Below, in pieces: positions 36,001 through 44,539 of a stretch of 46,920 bases of DNA. The DNA is from Methanobacteriota archaeon (GTDB taxonomy: Archaea > Thermoplasmatota > Poseidoniia > Poseidoniales > Poseidoniaceae). Below the pieces are notes generated by a model. It did not search any database. It was given only the letters and a program-made list of their open reading frames with translations, and was not told where the DNA came from. Both the position numbers and the translations under genes were made by a program. The first letter of the stretch is position 1. Each line of letters opens with the position of its first letter. Location of the stretch: NCBI GenBank assembly GCA_009937205.1, contig JAACCR010000065.1, positions 1 through 46,920 on the forward strand. Reading direction: 5' to 3'.

Positions 36001-37844
36001 ATCAGCATTGAATCGGCATCATTTACAGTAATGGAATTGCTATCCTCTGACCAAGTTATTGTGGTCCACTGTGATGCAGTTTCCTTGAACCCTTGAGAGT
36101 TGGCGGAGACAATTGATAATTGATATTGTGCCGAATTAGAATATGCGTGGTGATGTGTTGTGAAGGAAACTGGGGCAGCATTTGGATGCATCGTACTTGG
36201 TATTGGTGAAGTGATTGCAGCATTTTCACTGATTATTTCCACATTGTCCAAATCTGGAGTCGACCAATTTTGCATAGCACTGGTTGTATATTTTATTCTA
36301 TACTGCATAAAAGAAGTATCCTCGCTAAGATTGCTAAGTGAATGGTTTCCAATCCCAACAAATTCAGGAATACTTGCATTTGTTCCTACCGGTTGCCAGG
36401 CATTCATACCAACCGAAACTGCATCAGAGCCGGATTTGTACTGCATTTGTAAATCAGTGTCATCCGGGGCATTACCGTCCAATGTCATCCACATAGGAGT
36501 GGCAGTACCCTGCGGAGAATGTCTCAAATCAACAGGCAGTGAAGTAATCCATCCTTCATGTTCATTTGGATTTTCAAAATATTCAGTGTCTCCAAGATAA
36601 ATAGCATTCCATGTTGAAAATCTTGTGTTAGAAGTATCTCCTGTGGCGTACATGATTGTACCACTGCCAGAAGCTATAGTTGAATCATAAATTCCTATGG
36701 GGAATGTATGCAATAATCTCCAAGTTTGTTCTAGGGGGTGATATCCATACATTTTTTTGTTAGCAACTCCATTCCAAGTTTGGTCTTCGTAGCCCCCTAG
36801 CAGTACAATTTCATCATTGAATACAGTTGCAGCATGTGCGGCCAGTGAAATCGGTAAGTCACTCAAATTAGTCCAAATATCGGTTGCGGGGTCGTAAACT
36901 TCAGTACGGTTGGAATCAAGGATTTCAGAATAATTGGTAAGTGGATCTATTTCTGCTGAAACTCCTCCAAGGGCGTATAATTTTCCGTGAAAGGCGGTCA
37001 AAGTAAAAGAGTGTCTTACATAATTCATACTCGATAATTGGGTCCAATTATCGGTTACAGGGTCGTAACGCAATAAATTATCCGTAGTGTCATAACGATT
37101 CTGCCTATTGACTCCACCAGCGACATAGAGATACCCGTCGAGTGCATCAACTCCTGCTAATCCAACTTTTGCACCCGACGGCATTGGAGTCATCATTGTC
37201 CAATTTCCAGTATTCAAATCAAAACTTTGTAGCAGTCCTTGCGATCTTATTTCTGGGCTTGCTGTAGGGTGATAGTCTCCTGCCAGGTATAATTTGTCAC
37301 CGATTTGTGCGCAACCTGCATATTGTTGAGTTTGATTTAAAATTGTATTAGAAAAACTCCATGTTCCCGTTGAAATATCAAATATTTCTATAGCAGAAGT
37401 TGGTCCTTCATCGTTATTTACTGACGGATTTGGATCCATACGGCCACCCATTAACCAAATTTCGTTTGTTTGCTCAATATATTCGCTACACGCACCAGTA
37501 CGTGTGGACATTAATCCATTAGCATTTGTAGCTCCCCATTGAATATCTGGGCGAGTTAATTTTGCTTCCCCAGTAGCACTGATCACTGAAGTATTCTCAT
37601 GGAGAAAGCCATTAGTGGAGTTGAAATCATTATTCGAATGGGAAATAAATTTGGCCGATTCATCAACAGTAAATTGTGGATCATTTGATGTAATCATTGC
37701 AGACCAGGATGATGTTAGTAGTATGATTAATAGAATTAAAACAACACCATTTTGCCTAACTAAACGACTATCCATGCTACGGGGAGTAACAACTGCTTCA
37801 ATTAATTTGTTGAGTGATGTATAAGAATAATCCCAAACTGTCAT
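33024..37844 (-). CDS. Giant (1606 aa) Kelch-repeat surface protein with a membrane-proximal CARDB-like module, a TM anchor and a 159-aa cytoplasmic tail
   Basis: N-terminal anchor GVVLILLIILLTSSWSAMI. Kelch blades are marked by NEIWLMGGR, GDKLYLAGDY, DGYLYVAGGV, HGKLYALGGV and DEIVLLGGY. There is a CARDB-like LSLKVQLINAGERIQQPFNLSIFIV...EENN, then QGFSTALIALSSGGVIALIGAVLYLKKR. Confidence 0.8.
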   Translation of the reverse strand: MTVWDYSYTSLNKLIEAVVTPRSMDSRLVRQNGVVLILLIILLTSSWSAMITSNDPQFTVDESAKFISHSNNDFNSTNGFLHENTSVISATGEAKLTRPDIQWGATNANGLMSTRTGACSEYIEQTNEIWLMGGRMDPNPSVNNDEGPTSAIEIFDISTGTWSFSNTILNQTQQYAGCAQIGDKLYLAGDYHPTASPEIRSQGLLQSFDLNTGNWTMMTPMPSGAKVGLAGVDALDGYLYVAGGVNRQNRYDTTDNLLRYDPVTDNWTQLSSMNYVRHSFTLTAFHGKLYALGGVSAEIDPLTNYSEILDSNRTEVYDPATDIWTNLSDLPISLAAHAATVFNDEIVLLGGYEDQTWNGVANKKMYGYHPLEQTWRLLHTFPIGIYDSTIASGSGTIMYATGDTSNTRFSTWNAIYLGDTEYFENPNEHEGWITSLPVDLRHSPQGTATPMWMTLDGNAPDDTDLQMQYKSGSDAVSVGMNAWQPVGTNASIPEFVGIGNHSLSNLSEDTSFMQYRIKYTTSAMQNWSTPDLDNVEIISENAAITSPIPSTMHPNAAPVSFTTHHHAYSNSAQYQLSIVSANSQGFKETASQWTTITWSEDSNSITVNDADSMLISSQTSVQENLSNQDGQSMDWQFSLSEGLATDYILMRVQTVGLRNTTYTHATPITIDKEVDVSIKSISANFTSQGNYTLQENEIVPELTKLNLVVENYFTTSGTQLLSGSIQARVHLDIIEFNQTEDGKDVWANATTGWFSLNIGQETNIEYTLPENVSGESSIWIEATTMDNLILNVNETPHNFILNIEVPVMLSTTITDGGYINRDANRLYGIQIYNVGGFTNNTTQMSVWVEDRDDGYDGNPVDGIAQIGEYQQRNFSIVNSANIWYLNMTVNDSGNGDHQIVRTMLSGTDVSNHSLLDISADNGTSWWISRDPQKAVITDITPLGEIITNIGQRLEPTRQIGWSITASDSNEMEDLNEFKIELGGDSNLGIKYLPHQGICSSLDGRLLVNSSNCIATISNGEMTVEMWATVDWTLTTTGLIGGELDVIVRDYDGATRQSQENQWSLERALDVQFQSLMDVSGIVNGTLGDNPKVMAGDMIEIEASVKHLISDKNYNGQLGVFWSGKIQNEIWQGGLTADIIDGQLSLAFSTPIESGLIHDAKISIWDPLDSEKLLEIDLPDIVVDADPPMILQSQLTSGISRYHLNNVEIGVNVDEPQSWSSNLSLTCQVRSTEQNWQPVTLSRESSTIFDGKTMFAFNFDFSSLGDPSLLSNQARIACWADGYDDAGWQLNSENGNSELSPWLESTLNNIGPDLDLGEIKISGDTSAGSKLSLKVQLINAGERIQQPFNLSIFIVQDDEKTIVARQLLNELGENTAVTMNSRITVPDGEWTLLISVDDEQFIWELDEENNIWTKDYNGANQGFSTALIALSSGGVIALIGAVLYLKKRSSDLDELAHQSVNENSKGEPPSIENNTKPAGGPPGKEKPKNGPPGKPKPKNGPPGVSKLATSSVEGAEPSQDQDTQPEVDLQATAAAHFGALDSLIPQSTETSETSSEEIAQPISTIVVDWNGLPGGGDYEYTSDATYYIGEKCGKWLLNEDKSFTRIE
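33341..33423 (-). repeat. Tandem 30-nt (10-codon) repeat, about 2.7 copies, encoding KP(K/A)(N/G)GPPGK(E/P) in the Kelch protein tail
   Basis: On the plus strand, CAGGAGGGCCATTCTTCGGCTTTGGCTTAC / CAGGTGGACCATTCTTCGGTTTTTCCTTAC / CAGGAGGGCCACCTGCTGGCTTA are directly adjacent. Confidence 0.8.
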
Positions 37845-37947
37845 AATATACTTAAAATATGGTTGAATCTCTATTACTGTGTCTGATGAGATTGAAACAA
37901 TACTGCCATAGGTTCATCTCTATGGTGTATATGCGGGCGTCATAGGG

Positions 37948-39345
37948 GTGTTGAGATTGTCACGTGATTACATTGCAAGAGACCCTCGAACCGGATTACC
38001 CATCAATGTGGGTAGTGGGAAAAAAACCAAGACTAAGGCTACTGCCAAGACCGAAAGAGGTCCATGGCAAGGTTTGCGAAAACAGGATATTATCCCGTTG
38101 GCTAAAGGAGAAATTGAATCAGCAAAGTCTGTTTGGACCGAGAGAGATTATCATTTGACGCAAGTTGACGGTGTTAGAGCATTACAGAGGCTGAAAGGTT
38201 TTGCTTCAACAGAAGCCCACAAAGTTCTACTATCTTCATTTCAAAGCACCGATCCTGCTATTCGAGTTGCTGCTTTAGAGGCACTACCCGAAGTTGCAAT
38301 TCAGAAGTCCGATGAAATGTTTGACTGGTTGAGCGTTCTTCTTGATGATGAGAATATTGACGTTAGTAAGGCAGCTAGTAAAGCGCTCGCAATATCTGCC
38401 CCAGTCTTCCCTTCTGGTATTGAATCAATACTAATAAATGAGTTGCGTTCTCCTATAAAGTTCCGGCAAGATAATGCTTGGGATGCATTGAAAGGCCTAG
38501 CGGATACTTGGCCGGAAGTTGTTTGTTTACACATTGATAGTTTGTTACTTGAGCCTGATAAAGAATACAGAATAAAGGCTGCTAAATTACTGAGAAAGGT
38601 ACTGCGCAAAGGTGGTTCTTCAGCCTGGGATTTAGTTTCCTGGGCACTGAATGATGAAAGTGATGAAGTTCGCAGAATCGCTGCAAAAACATTGCCAACT
38701 TTGGCTAATAGAGAGCCTCGAGTTGCGACATTATTCGCTGAACGGGCAATGGTAGATGTCGATTCGGAAGTACGTATTTCAGCAATCAAAGCAATTCAAA
38801 AACTGGATAAAGACAATGGTAGAGCCCAAGACATTGTACTTTCTGGAACTAGAAGCAAGGATTTGCAAGTTCGCACAGCATGTATCAATTTGCTACCACG
38901 CCTACTAAGTGAAGACGTGTTGCGGGTGACAGCAGATGAATTGCTTCGCACTGAGACTGATATTGGACTCATTAAAAGTTTGAAAGAGATGGTATTCGAT
39001 GCAGAAATAGAAGGTACTGAAGCTCAAAAGAATCTTTTCCTTGCGGCTGCAATACCAGTTCCTCAATTGGATCGTGAAATTGCTGAATCACAGGGTAAAA
39101 GGCTCGGATTGGACCCACTCCCTTCAGATAGAAACCGTCCATCAGAAGAAGATATTAGCGAGAAACCGGATCATCTTTTAACAGATACAGAAAGAGTTCA
39201 GAAAATGATTGCAATGAATGAGCAGATAAAGAAAAAGGAAGCCGAAAGGAAAAATGCATATCGTTCATATTCACAAGATGAAGTCTATGGCTATGAGGAT
39301 GATTTTGGCCCTGATTTAGATTCAGATGATGATGCAGATTTCTAG
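37948..39345 (+). CDS. HEAT/PBS-lyase-repeat protein with an acidic C-terminus
   Basis: Recurrent D-x-x-VR-x-x-A-x-x-AL units: DPAIRVAALEALPEVA, DEVRRIAAKTLPTLA, SEVRISAIKAIQKL, LQVRTACINLLPRL. GTG start after AGGGG. Confidence 0.7.
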   Translation: MLRLSRDYIARDPRTGLPINVGSGKKTKTKATAKTERGPWQGLRKQDIIPLAKGEIESAKSVWTERDYHLTQVDGVRALQRLKGFASTEAHKVLLSSFQSTDPAIRVAALEALPEVAIQKSDEMFDWLSVLLDDENIDVSKAASKALAISAPVFPSGIESILINELRSPIKFRQDNAWDALKGLADTWPEVVCLHIDSLLLEPDKEYRIKAAKLLRKVLRKGGSSAWDLVSWALNDESDEVRRIAAKTLPTLANREPRVATLFAERAMVDVDSEVRISAIKAIQKLDKDNGRAQDIVLSGTRSKDLQVRTACINLLPRLLSEDVLRVTADELLRTETDIGLIKSLKEMVFDAEIEGTEAQKNLFLAAAIPVPQLDREIAESQGKRLGLDPLPSDRNRPSEEDISEKPDHLLTDTERVQKMIAMNEQIKKKEAERKNAYRSYSQDEVYGYEDDFGPDLDSDDDADF

Positions 39346-39424
39346 GTAAAAGTTAAGCATTTTTTGGCTCACAGTGTTTCCTTTCCTCTTTTAAAAATGC
39401 GGCATCATTAAGAGGGGGAGGTCG

Positions 39425-39670
39425 GTGGGCCGATTACTAAAGAGGTGTGTTATCATGAGTGATTCTCCGTTCAACGACAAAGAAGAGCAATTTGACAGAC
39501 TATGGGATGGTATGACTCCTAAGGGTGTTAACCGAAATAAGTCTTTGAAATTTAGACAATACATTCTTGAGCATGTTCGCCAAACACGCCGCCCAATGAA
39601 CAAAGAAAATGCTTTGAAATATTGGATGGGCGATTTACAAAGAGAAATCGCAGAAGCGGACAATTACTGA
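39425..39670 (+). CDS. Hypothetical small protein (71-81 aa)
   Basis: The ORF runs from GTG 39425 (3 nt after GGGGGAGGT) or ATG 39455 (MSDSPFNDKEEQF...). No family recognised. Confidence 0.4.
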   Translation: MGRLLKRCVIMSDSPFNDKEEQFDRLWDGMTPKGVNRNKSLKFRQYILEHVRQTRRPMNKENALKYWMGDLQREIAEADNY

Positions 39671-39733
39671 TTTAGTGTCAAGGTCTCTCATTCCGTAGAG
39701 GGTCCAACCCAATAGAAACGGAGAGTCAATACT

Positions 39734-41149
39734 ATGTTCACAACCACACGCTTCACAGATTGGAATTTACCTCAAGGTATTCTAAATGGAATAGAAGAAC
39801 TTGGCTGGGAGTATTCAACTCCAGTTCAAAAAGACACTATCCCATTGGCTCTTAGTGGCAGAGATGTTATCGGTCAAGCAAGAACAGGTTCAGGTAAAAC
39901 TGGAGCTTTTGGAATTCCAATCATTAGCAAGTGTACTGCAAGTGGTAAACTACAGGCTTTGATATTGACTCCTACAAGGGAATTGGCAAATCAAGTCGCT
40001 GAGGAGATGAAAATAGTCCAAGGAGATTCTGGACTTACAATTCTTACAGTCTATGGTGGAACCGACTTAGAAAAGCAGGCTAGAGCATTACAAGATGGTG
40101 TTGACATTATCGTTGGAACTCCTGGACGAGTAATGGATATGTCCGAACGAGGACATATTGATTTGACAAGTCCAACTTTGTTTTGTCTCGCTGAAGCAGA
40201 TCGTATGCTAGACATGGGATTCTTCCCTGACATCATGTGGGTTGTTGAAAAAATGACTTCTCGCCAGCAAACATTACTATTTTCAGCAACATTTCCTCAA
40301 GAGATAATTGATGAAGCAAATGAATTCATGAATGAACCAGAATTCGTATTGACCAATGTTGAGGAATTAGACATCCCTCCAATTGACATGTATATGGTAA
40401 GTATTGGTCGTGCCAATAAATTGTGGGTTGCAGGGCGTCTTCTAACTAAAAACGAAGATGGGCAATCAATCATCTTCTGCAACACAAAAAGAATGGTTGA
40501 TTTGGCTGTTCAAAGACTTTCCAAGCATGGATTTGATGTTGCAGGATTACATGGAGACTTGAATCAAAACCAAAGAGAGAAGGTTCTAGATAAATTCAAG
40601 GGCGGCCAATTCAAAACAATTGTTGCTACAGATGTTGCATCACGTGGAATAGATGTTGATGGTATTACAATGGTTATCAATTACGATATTCCTAATGATA
40701 TTGATTCGTTTATCCATAGAGTCGGTAGAACCGGTAGAATCGGAAGAAAGGGAGAGGCATGGAGCCTTGTGTCAAGAGATGATTCAGCGCAATTGAATAA
40801 AATTATTGCCACATATGGATTAAACATTATCGAGACTGAAGCACCAGACCTTCCACAAGGTATGGATAGAGATCCAGTCAAAAAGCAAGATGATTACGGA
40901 GAGACTGCCAATGTTTTCGGATTCGTAACTTTGTCTTTGGACATTCCTCAGAAAGTTGCTGGTTCTTCAAGAACAGTTTCAGATTGGTTTGTTAAGGCTT
41001 TAAATTGTAAGGAATTGGAAATAGGCGATGTTTCCTTTGAGGAGCAAAAAACATTTATCAGTATCCATACAAGTAAAATTGGTCTTGCAATCAAAGCTCT
41101 AGAAAAGAGAGAGATGGCTGGACAAATTGTTTCTGTCTCTATTGTTTGA
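39734..41149 (+). CDS. DEAD-box-family RNA helicase with a DbpA-like C-terminal RNA-binding domain; motif II reads AEAD
   Basis: Q-motif region GWEYSTPVQ, motif I AQARTGSGKT, Ia PTRELA, III SAT, and VI HRVGRTGRIGRKG. Motif II is LAEADRMLDMGF instead of (V/L)DEAD. Confidence 0.85.
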   Translation: MFTTTRFTDWNLPQGILNGIEELGWEYSTPVQKDTIPLALSGRDVIGQARTGSGKTGAFGIPIISKCTASGKLQALILTPTRELANQVAEEMKIVQGDSGLTILTVYGGTDLEKQARALQDGVDIIVGTPGRVMDMSERGHIDLTSPTLFCLAEADRMLDMGFFPDIMWVVEKMTSRQQTLLFSATFPQEIIDEANEFMNEPEFVLTNVEELDIPPIDMYMVSIGRANKLWVAGRLLTKNEDGQSIIFCNTKRMVDLAVQRLSKHGFDVAGLHGDLNQNQREKVLDKFKGGQFKTIVATDVASRGIDVDGITMVINYDIPNDIDSFIHRVGRTGRIGRKGEAWSLVSRDDSAQLNKIIATYGLNIIETEAPDLPQGMDRDPVKKQDDYGETANVFGFVTLSLDIPQKVAGSSRTVSDWFVKALNCKELEIGDVSFEEQKTFISIHTSKIGLAIKALEKREMAGQIVSVSIV

Positions 41150-41235
41150 TTCGCTTAGGTAAATCAAAACATCAGCAGTAGTACGAATCCATATATGAAC
41201 ACAACATAGTAATGGTAAACTCAGATTAGTTTGGA

Positions 41236-42123
41236 TTAAAATCCAAACATTAACAATAGCATCAGCATCAATCCACCTAAAACAATTGGAATTGATACTG
41301 AAGTAATCAATCCATATCCTAATGATTTGTTTCCTCTTGCAAAAGAGATCACAATTGCTACAACTCCTGCTAGTGGCATCAAGCAAAAGAAGGTATCAAC
41401 CATATCTCCTCCGCCACCGGACTCATTTAATTCCATTTCAAGTTCTCTATCCTTAAATTCGAACTCAAATTCTATTTCATCAATACTATGTGAGTCCGTA
41501 CTAAACCAAATGGTTCGATTATGTTGAGTATATTCTCCAACCACTCTACTTTCTCGACCATTATTATTCATTTCAATAATATCTTTATCCCCTTTTGAAT
41601 TGTAATCCCAATCACAATGATACTCATATTCATCTTCCCAATTCATGGAATTGCACCAGTTAACTTCAAATCTACCATTATCTAATATCACATCACTAAA
41701 AGTATGTGTGAAGGTGCCATTATCAGAAGACATTGTAACCATCTCCACACGATGCACATCATCCCATCTAACATCCCAATCTTCATTGGCGATTTCAGAA
41801 AGAGTCGTCAGTAACATCATGATAACAATTGGTGCAAAAAAACCGATTGCGAATTGTTTCCAATTCATTCCGGCCTTTTGTTCAGTCATATCATATCCGG
41901 AAGTAATTGAAGGAGAAGAACCAATGTAGGTACTTTGCGCAGGGTTATTGACTGTTGCAGAAAAGTGAGTTTGTGGTTGCTGTGCGAGGTTACCCATTAT
42001 TTGTCCCTGAGGTACTGATGCCGTTTGTGGTACTGACTGTGTTGGAGTTGTACCTTCTTGGGATTGTGCTGAACCCCAAAAGGGCTCTTGTTGCTCTGGA
42101 GGTGAATTGTCGCCTGTGTCCAT
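41236..42123 (-). CDS. Hypothetical membrane protein with a Gln/Pro/Ser-rich disordered N-terminus
   Basis: The first ~90 aa are low complexity (PEQQEPFWGSAQSQEGTTPTQSVPQTASVPQGQ...). A TM FAIGFFAPIVIMMLLTTL is followed by an acidic Trp-rich ectodomain and two C-terminal TMs. It lies directly downstream of the archaeosortase-like gene. The track start is GTG 42153. Confidence 0.5.
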   Translation of the reverse strand: MDTGDNSPPEQQEPFWGSAQSQEGTTPTQSVPQTASVPQGQIMGNLAQQPQTHFSATVNNPAQSTYIGSSPSITSGYDMTEQKAGMNWKQFAIGFFAPIVIMMLLTTLSEIANEDWDVRWDDVHRVEMVTMSSDNGTFTHTFSDVILDNGRFEVNWCNSMNWEDEYEYHCDWDYNSKGDKDIIEMNNNGRESRVVGEYTQHNRTIWFSTDSHSIDEIEFEFEFKDRELEMELNESGGGGDMVDTFFCLMPLAGVVAIVISFARGNKSLGYGLITSVSIPIVLGGLMLMLLLMFGF

Positions 42124-42186
42124 GAGAATCCCGTTTGATGGTAGGAGGCGCACTTAATAAGATATATTGAAATATTTATTAGATTT

Positions 42187-43311
42187 TTATTCTTCTTCAC
42201 TAGCGGAGTTACGACGTTTTTTCCAAGATCCCGATTTCTTTAGTGCATCAACTCTTTCCTTTTCTTGGATAGCAGCTTCAAGATTCTGTTCTTTAAGTAA
42301 TTCTAGCCGATCTTGTTCCTTGCCCAACCTCTCAACTTCAGATGGCCATTTACCATCGCTATTTGGCTTTTCAATTGTAAATACAGTCATTACAGCAATG
42401 ACTATTGCCAGTGCAGCAAGCGACCAAGCATAACCAATTGCATCATCCCATCTATCTCTTGCATTCCCGCATTGTGCGCTAACCGAATCCCATAATTCAC
42501 AATCGTCCAATGTTTCTTTTGCCTTCATTGCTTCTTCATTGGAAGTTACATTGTAGGCAGCTGAAATAATGAATATAGCAGCTAAAGTAATTGCAACAAA
42601 ATGCTTGTAATTCCATTTCTTTCTACTAATAATTCTCCACTTGTCGGCACCAGCTAGACTCTTATCCATTGCTCTTGAAGGGCCACCGACCTTCCAAAAC
42701 CAAATTACCCACATTAATACTAATACTAGCAAAAATCCCCATTCATAGACAGCGGTATGGAATTCCCACATGCCATATAGGCAAGATGCTTGGTCAGGGT
42801 TTGCTAAGCAATCTTCTAAAGCGATTGGATAGAAGAGAACTAATCGTGTTAGATTCAGTATGTAGACCAATGTACACATCACTGCAATGGCTTTTATTTT
42901 TATTTTTTGAGAAACACCATCAGTCATTGCTACTAAAGTCGAAATGAAAATCATTTCATGAACTCCAGCACATTCATCTGAAACATAAAGTGATACAGTA
43001 TTCATTGCACCTGGAAAACTTTGATGGTGAAATTCAATACGAGTTAGCCAACCGTTATTTGTTGAAAGTGTGTGTGAGCCAGCACCGAACAATGCATTTC
43101 CAATTTCATTCCATAGCCACGCTTCACTTACTTGAATCGGGCCTAGAGTATCTGTTGGCATTGTTAAAAACCAGTAAAAAGCCTCAACAAATAAAAGAGC
43201 GATGGGGATTTTAGCATATACTAATCCCAATTGAGCAACTTCTTTCCAAGAGAGGTCCTCAGGCGGGGTCGCTGTGCTTCCCATAAATACAGTCAAACAT
43301 TCATCACACAT
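42187..43311 (-). CDS. Exosortase/archaeosortase-family membrane protein with an atypical C-terminal extension
   Basis: Polytopic protein with the ordered signature Cys (VSDECAGVHEM), 42 residues, Arg (ILNLTRLV), 29 residues, His (EFHTAVYEWG), all embedded in TM helices as in exosortases. It adds two TM segments, a Cys-containing loop and a charged coiled-coil-like tail. Confidence 0.55.
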   Translation of the reverse strand: MCDECLTVFMGSTATPPEDLSWKEVAQLGLVYAKIPIALLFVEAFYWFLTMPTDTLGPIQVSEAWLWNEIGNALFGAGSHTLSTNNGWLTRIEFHHQSFPGAMNTVSLYVSDECAGVHEMIFISTLVAMTDGVSQKIKIKAIAVMCTLVYILNLTRLVLFYPIALEDCLANPDQASCLYGMWEFHTAVYEWGFLLVLVLMWVIWFWKVGGPSRAMDKSLAGADKWRIISRKKWNYKHFVAITLAAIFIISAAYNVTSNEEAMKAKETLDDCELWDSVSAQCGNARDRWDDAIGYAWSLAALAIVIAVMTVFTIEKPNSDGKWPSEVERLGKEQDRLELLKEQNLEAAIQEKERVDALKKSGSWKKRRNSASEEE

Positions 43312-43394
43312 CAAAGTGAGGTTTGATTCTCAGATGAATTATTGTAATTTCATCCAACGGATGCGTTGAAAACATGAAGTGATATCGGAGTCAT

Positions 43395-43661
43395 GTGGTG
43401 GAAGTCTCACAGGTTAGCGCTGATGCGCAAAATAAGCCTACTCACAGACTTAATGTCATCGGTTTTCATTGTCCCATTCCAGTCGCAGAAGCCAAAAAAG
43501 CATTACTGCAAATGAGCAATGGGGAAATCTTGGAAATATTGTCTGATGATCCAGAAACCTATCATGACATCCCACTTCTTATGATGCGCTCAAACCACAA
43601 CTTATTATCTATAGAGAGCAATGCTGGTGAGTATAAATTCTTGATTGAGGTGAATCAATGA
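43395..43661 (+). CDS. TusA/SirA-like sulfur-carrier protein
   Basis: 88 aa. [19 protein letters not shown]...[18 protein letters not shown] contains the CPxP active-site motif. GTG start. Confidence 0.75.
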   Translation: MVEVSQVSADAQNKPTHRLNVIGFHCPIPVAEAKKALLQMSNGEILEILSDDPETYHDIPLLMMRSNHNLLSIESNAGEYKFLIEVNQ

Positions 43662-44296
43662 ACGTAAAAAATGATAATGGTTCAATAACACTAATCGAGA
43701 GTGATGATGTACCGAGTGAGGCGAAATTACCTACTGAATTCGGGGAGTTTTTGATAAGAGTATTCCATGAGGAAAGTACTGGTTTAGATCACGTTGCACT
43801 ATCCTTGGGGGATATGCAAGGGCCAGACCCAGTATTGATTAGAGTTCATTCAGAATGCCTAACAGGTGATGCATTTGGTAGTCGTCGTTGCGATTGCGGC
43901 CCTCAATTACAAGCGGCATTACTGGCAATCTCTGAACGTGGGTGGGGCTGTTTGCTATATCTTAGACAAGAAGGTAGAGGAATTGGCCTCCATGCAAAGA
44001 TACAAGCATACCACTTGCAAGATCAAGGTGCTGATACATTGGATGCTAATCTGATGTTAGGATTGCCTATAGATAGCAGGGATTATTCAATTGCTTCAAG
44101 CATGCTTTCAGTTTTGGGTATTAGCGAAGTGAGTTTGCTAACAAATAATCCAAACAAGGTGGAGCAACTTCGCTCTCATCAAATCAACGTAGTTGAAATG
44201 GTTCCATTAATTGTAGGAGTTGGGGAGCATAATCGCGATTATTTGAAAACAAAAGGGCAAAGAATGGGTCATCACATCAGACCTTCAGATTTGTGA
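43658..44296 (+). CDS. ribA: GTP cyclohydrolase II
   Basis: [23 protein letters not shown] (zinc Cys triad) and [11 protein letters not shown]. The start ATG overlaps the TusA-like stop (ATGA). Confidence 0.9.
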   Translation: MNVKNDNGSITLIESDDVPSEAKLPTEFGEFLIRVFHEESTGLDHVALSLGDMQGPDPVLIRVHSECLTGDAFGSRRCDCGPQLQAALLAISERGWGCLLYLRQEGRGIGLHAKIQAYHLQDQGADTLDANLMLGLPIDSRDYSIASSMLSVLGISEVSLLTNNPNKVEQLRSHQINVVEMVPLIVGVGEHNRDYLKTKGQRMGHHIRPSDL

Positions 44297-44340
44297 ATCG
44301 GCTTGAAAATCCTATAGTGGTCACTAATTGCAATAAAGAG

Positions 44341-44413
44341 GGCCGTGGCCGAGAATTGAACTCGGGCTGGCAGAACCACAATCTGCCGTGCTAACCCCTA
44401 CACCACCACAGCC
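44341..44413 (-). tRNA. tRNA-His (anticodon GUG) with genome-encoded G-1
   Basis: The reverse complement folds as G-GCTGTGG-TG-GTGT..GCAC-G-GCAGA-TTGTGGT-TCTGC-..-CCGAG-TTCAATT-CTCGG-CCACGGC-C. The extra 5' G lies opposite discriminator C. Confidence 0.9.
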
Positions 44414-44539
44414 AAGAGGTAGCCTGCCGTCAAGCGCGTGGTATTTCAACAATCCGCCCCCTCATCTTCATTCAGTTTGTGGCTTGCAGTGAATCGGTCA
44501 ACCCCTATGCTCAAGTGCGTTCGCTATTCTGGGTAAGAT

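Noticed and set aside
36160-36600. Long antisense ORFs inside large genes. Examples are 36160..36600 in the Kelch gene, 13311..13703 in the 1689-aa gene, 38301..38789 in the HEAT gene, and 21945..22331 and 22328..22786 in the epimerase gene.
   Set aside because: Each is wholly contained in a longer ORF with clear family motifs on the other strand. None has recognisable motifs or its own SD or promoter signal.
37861-37947. A C-box-like CTGATGAG and an imperfect inverted repeat (GAATCTC...GAGATTG) in the Kelch/HEAT divergent spacer, as a possible C/D-box sRNA.
   Set aside because: There is no matching D box (CTGA) at the appropriate distance and no terminal stem. The spacer is more simply a divergent promoter region.
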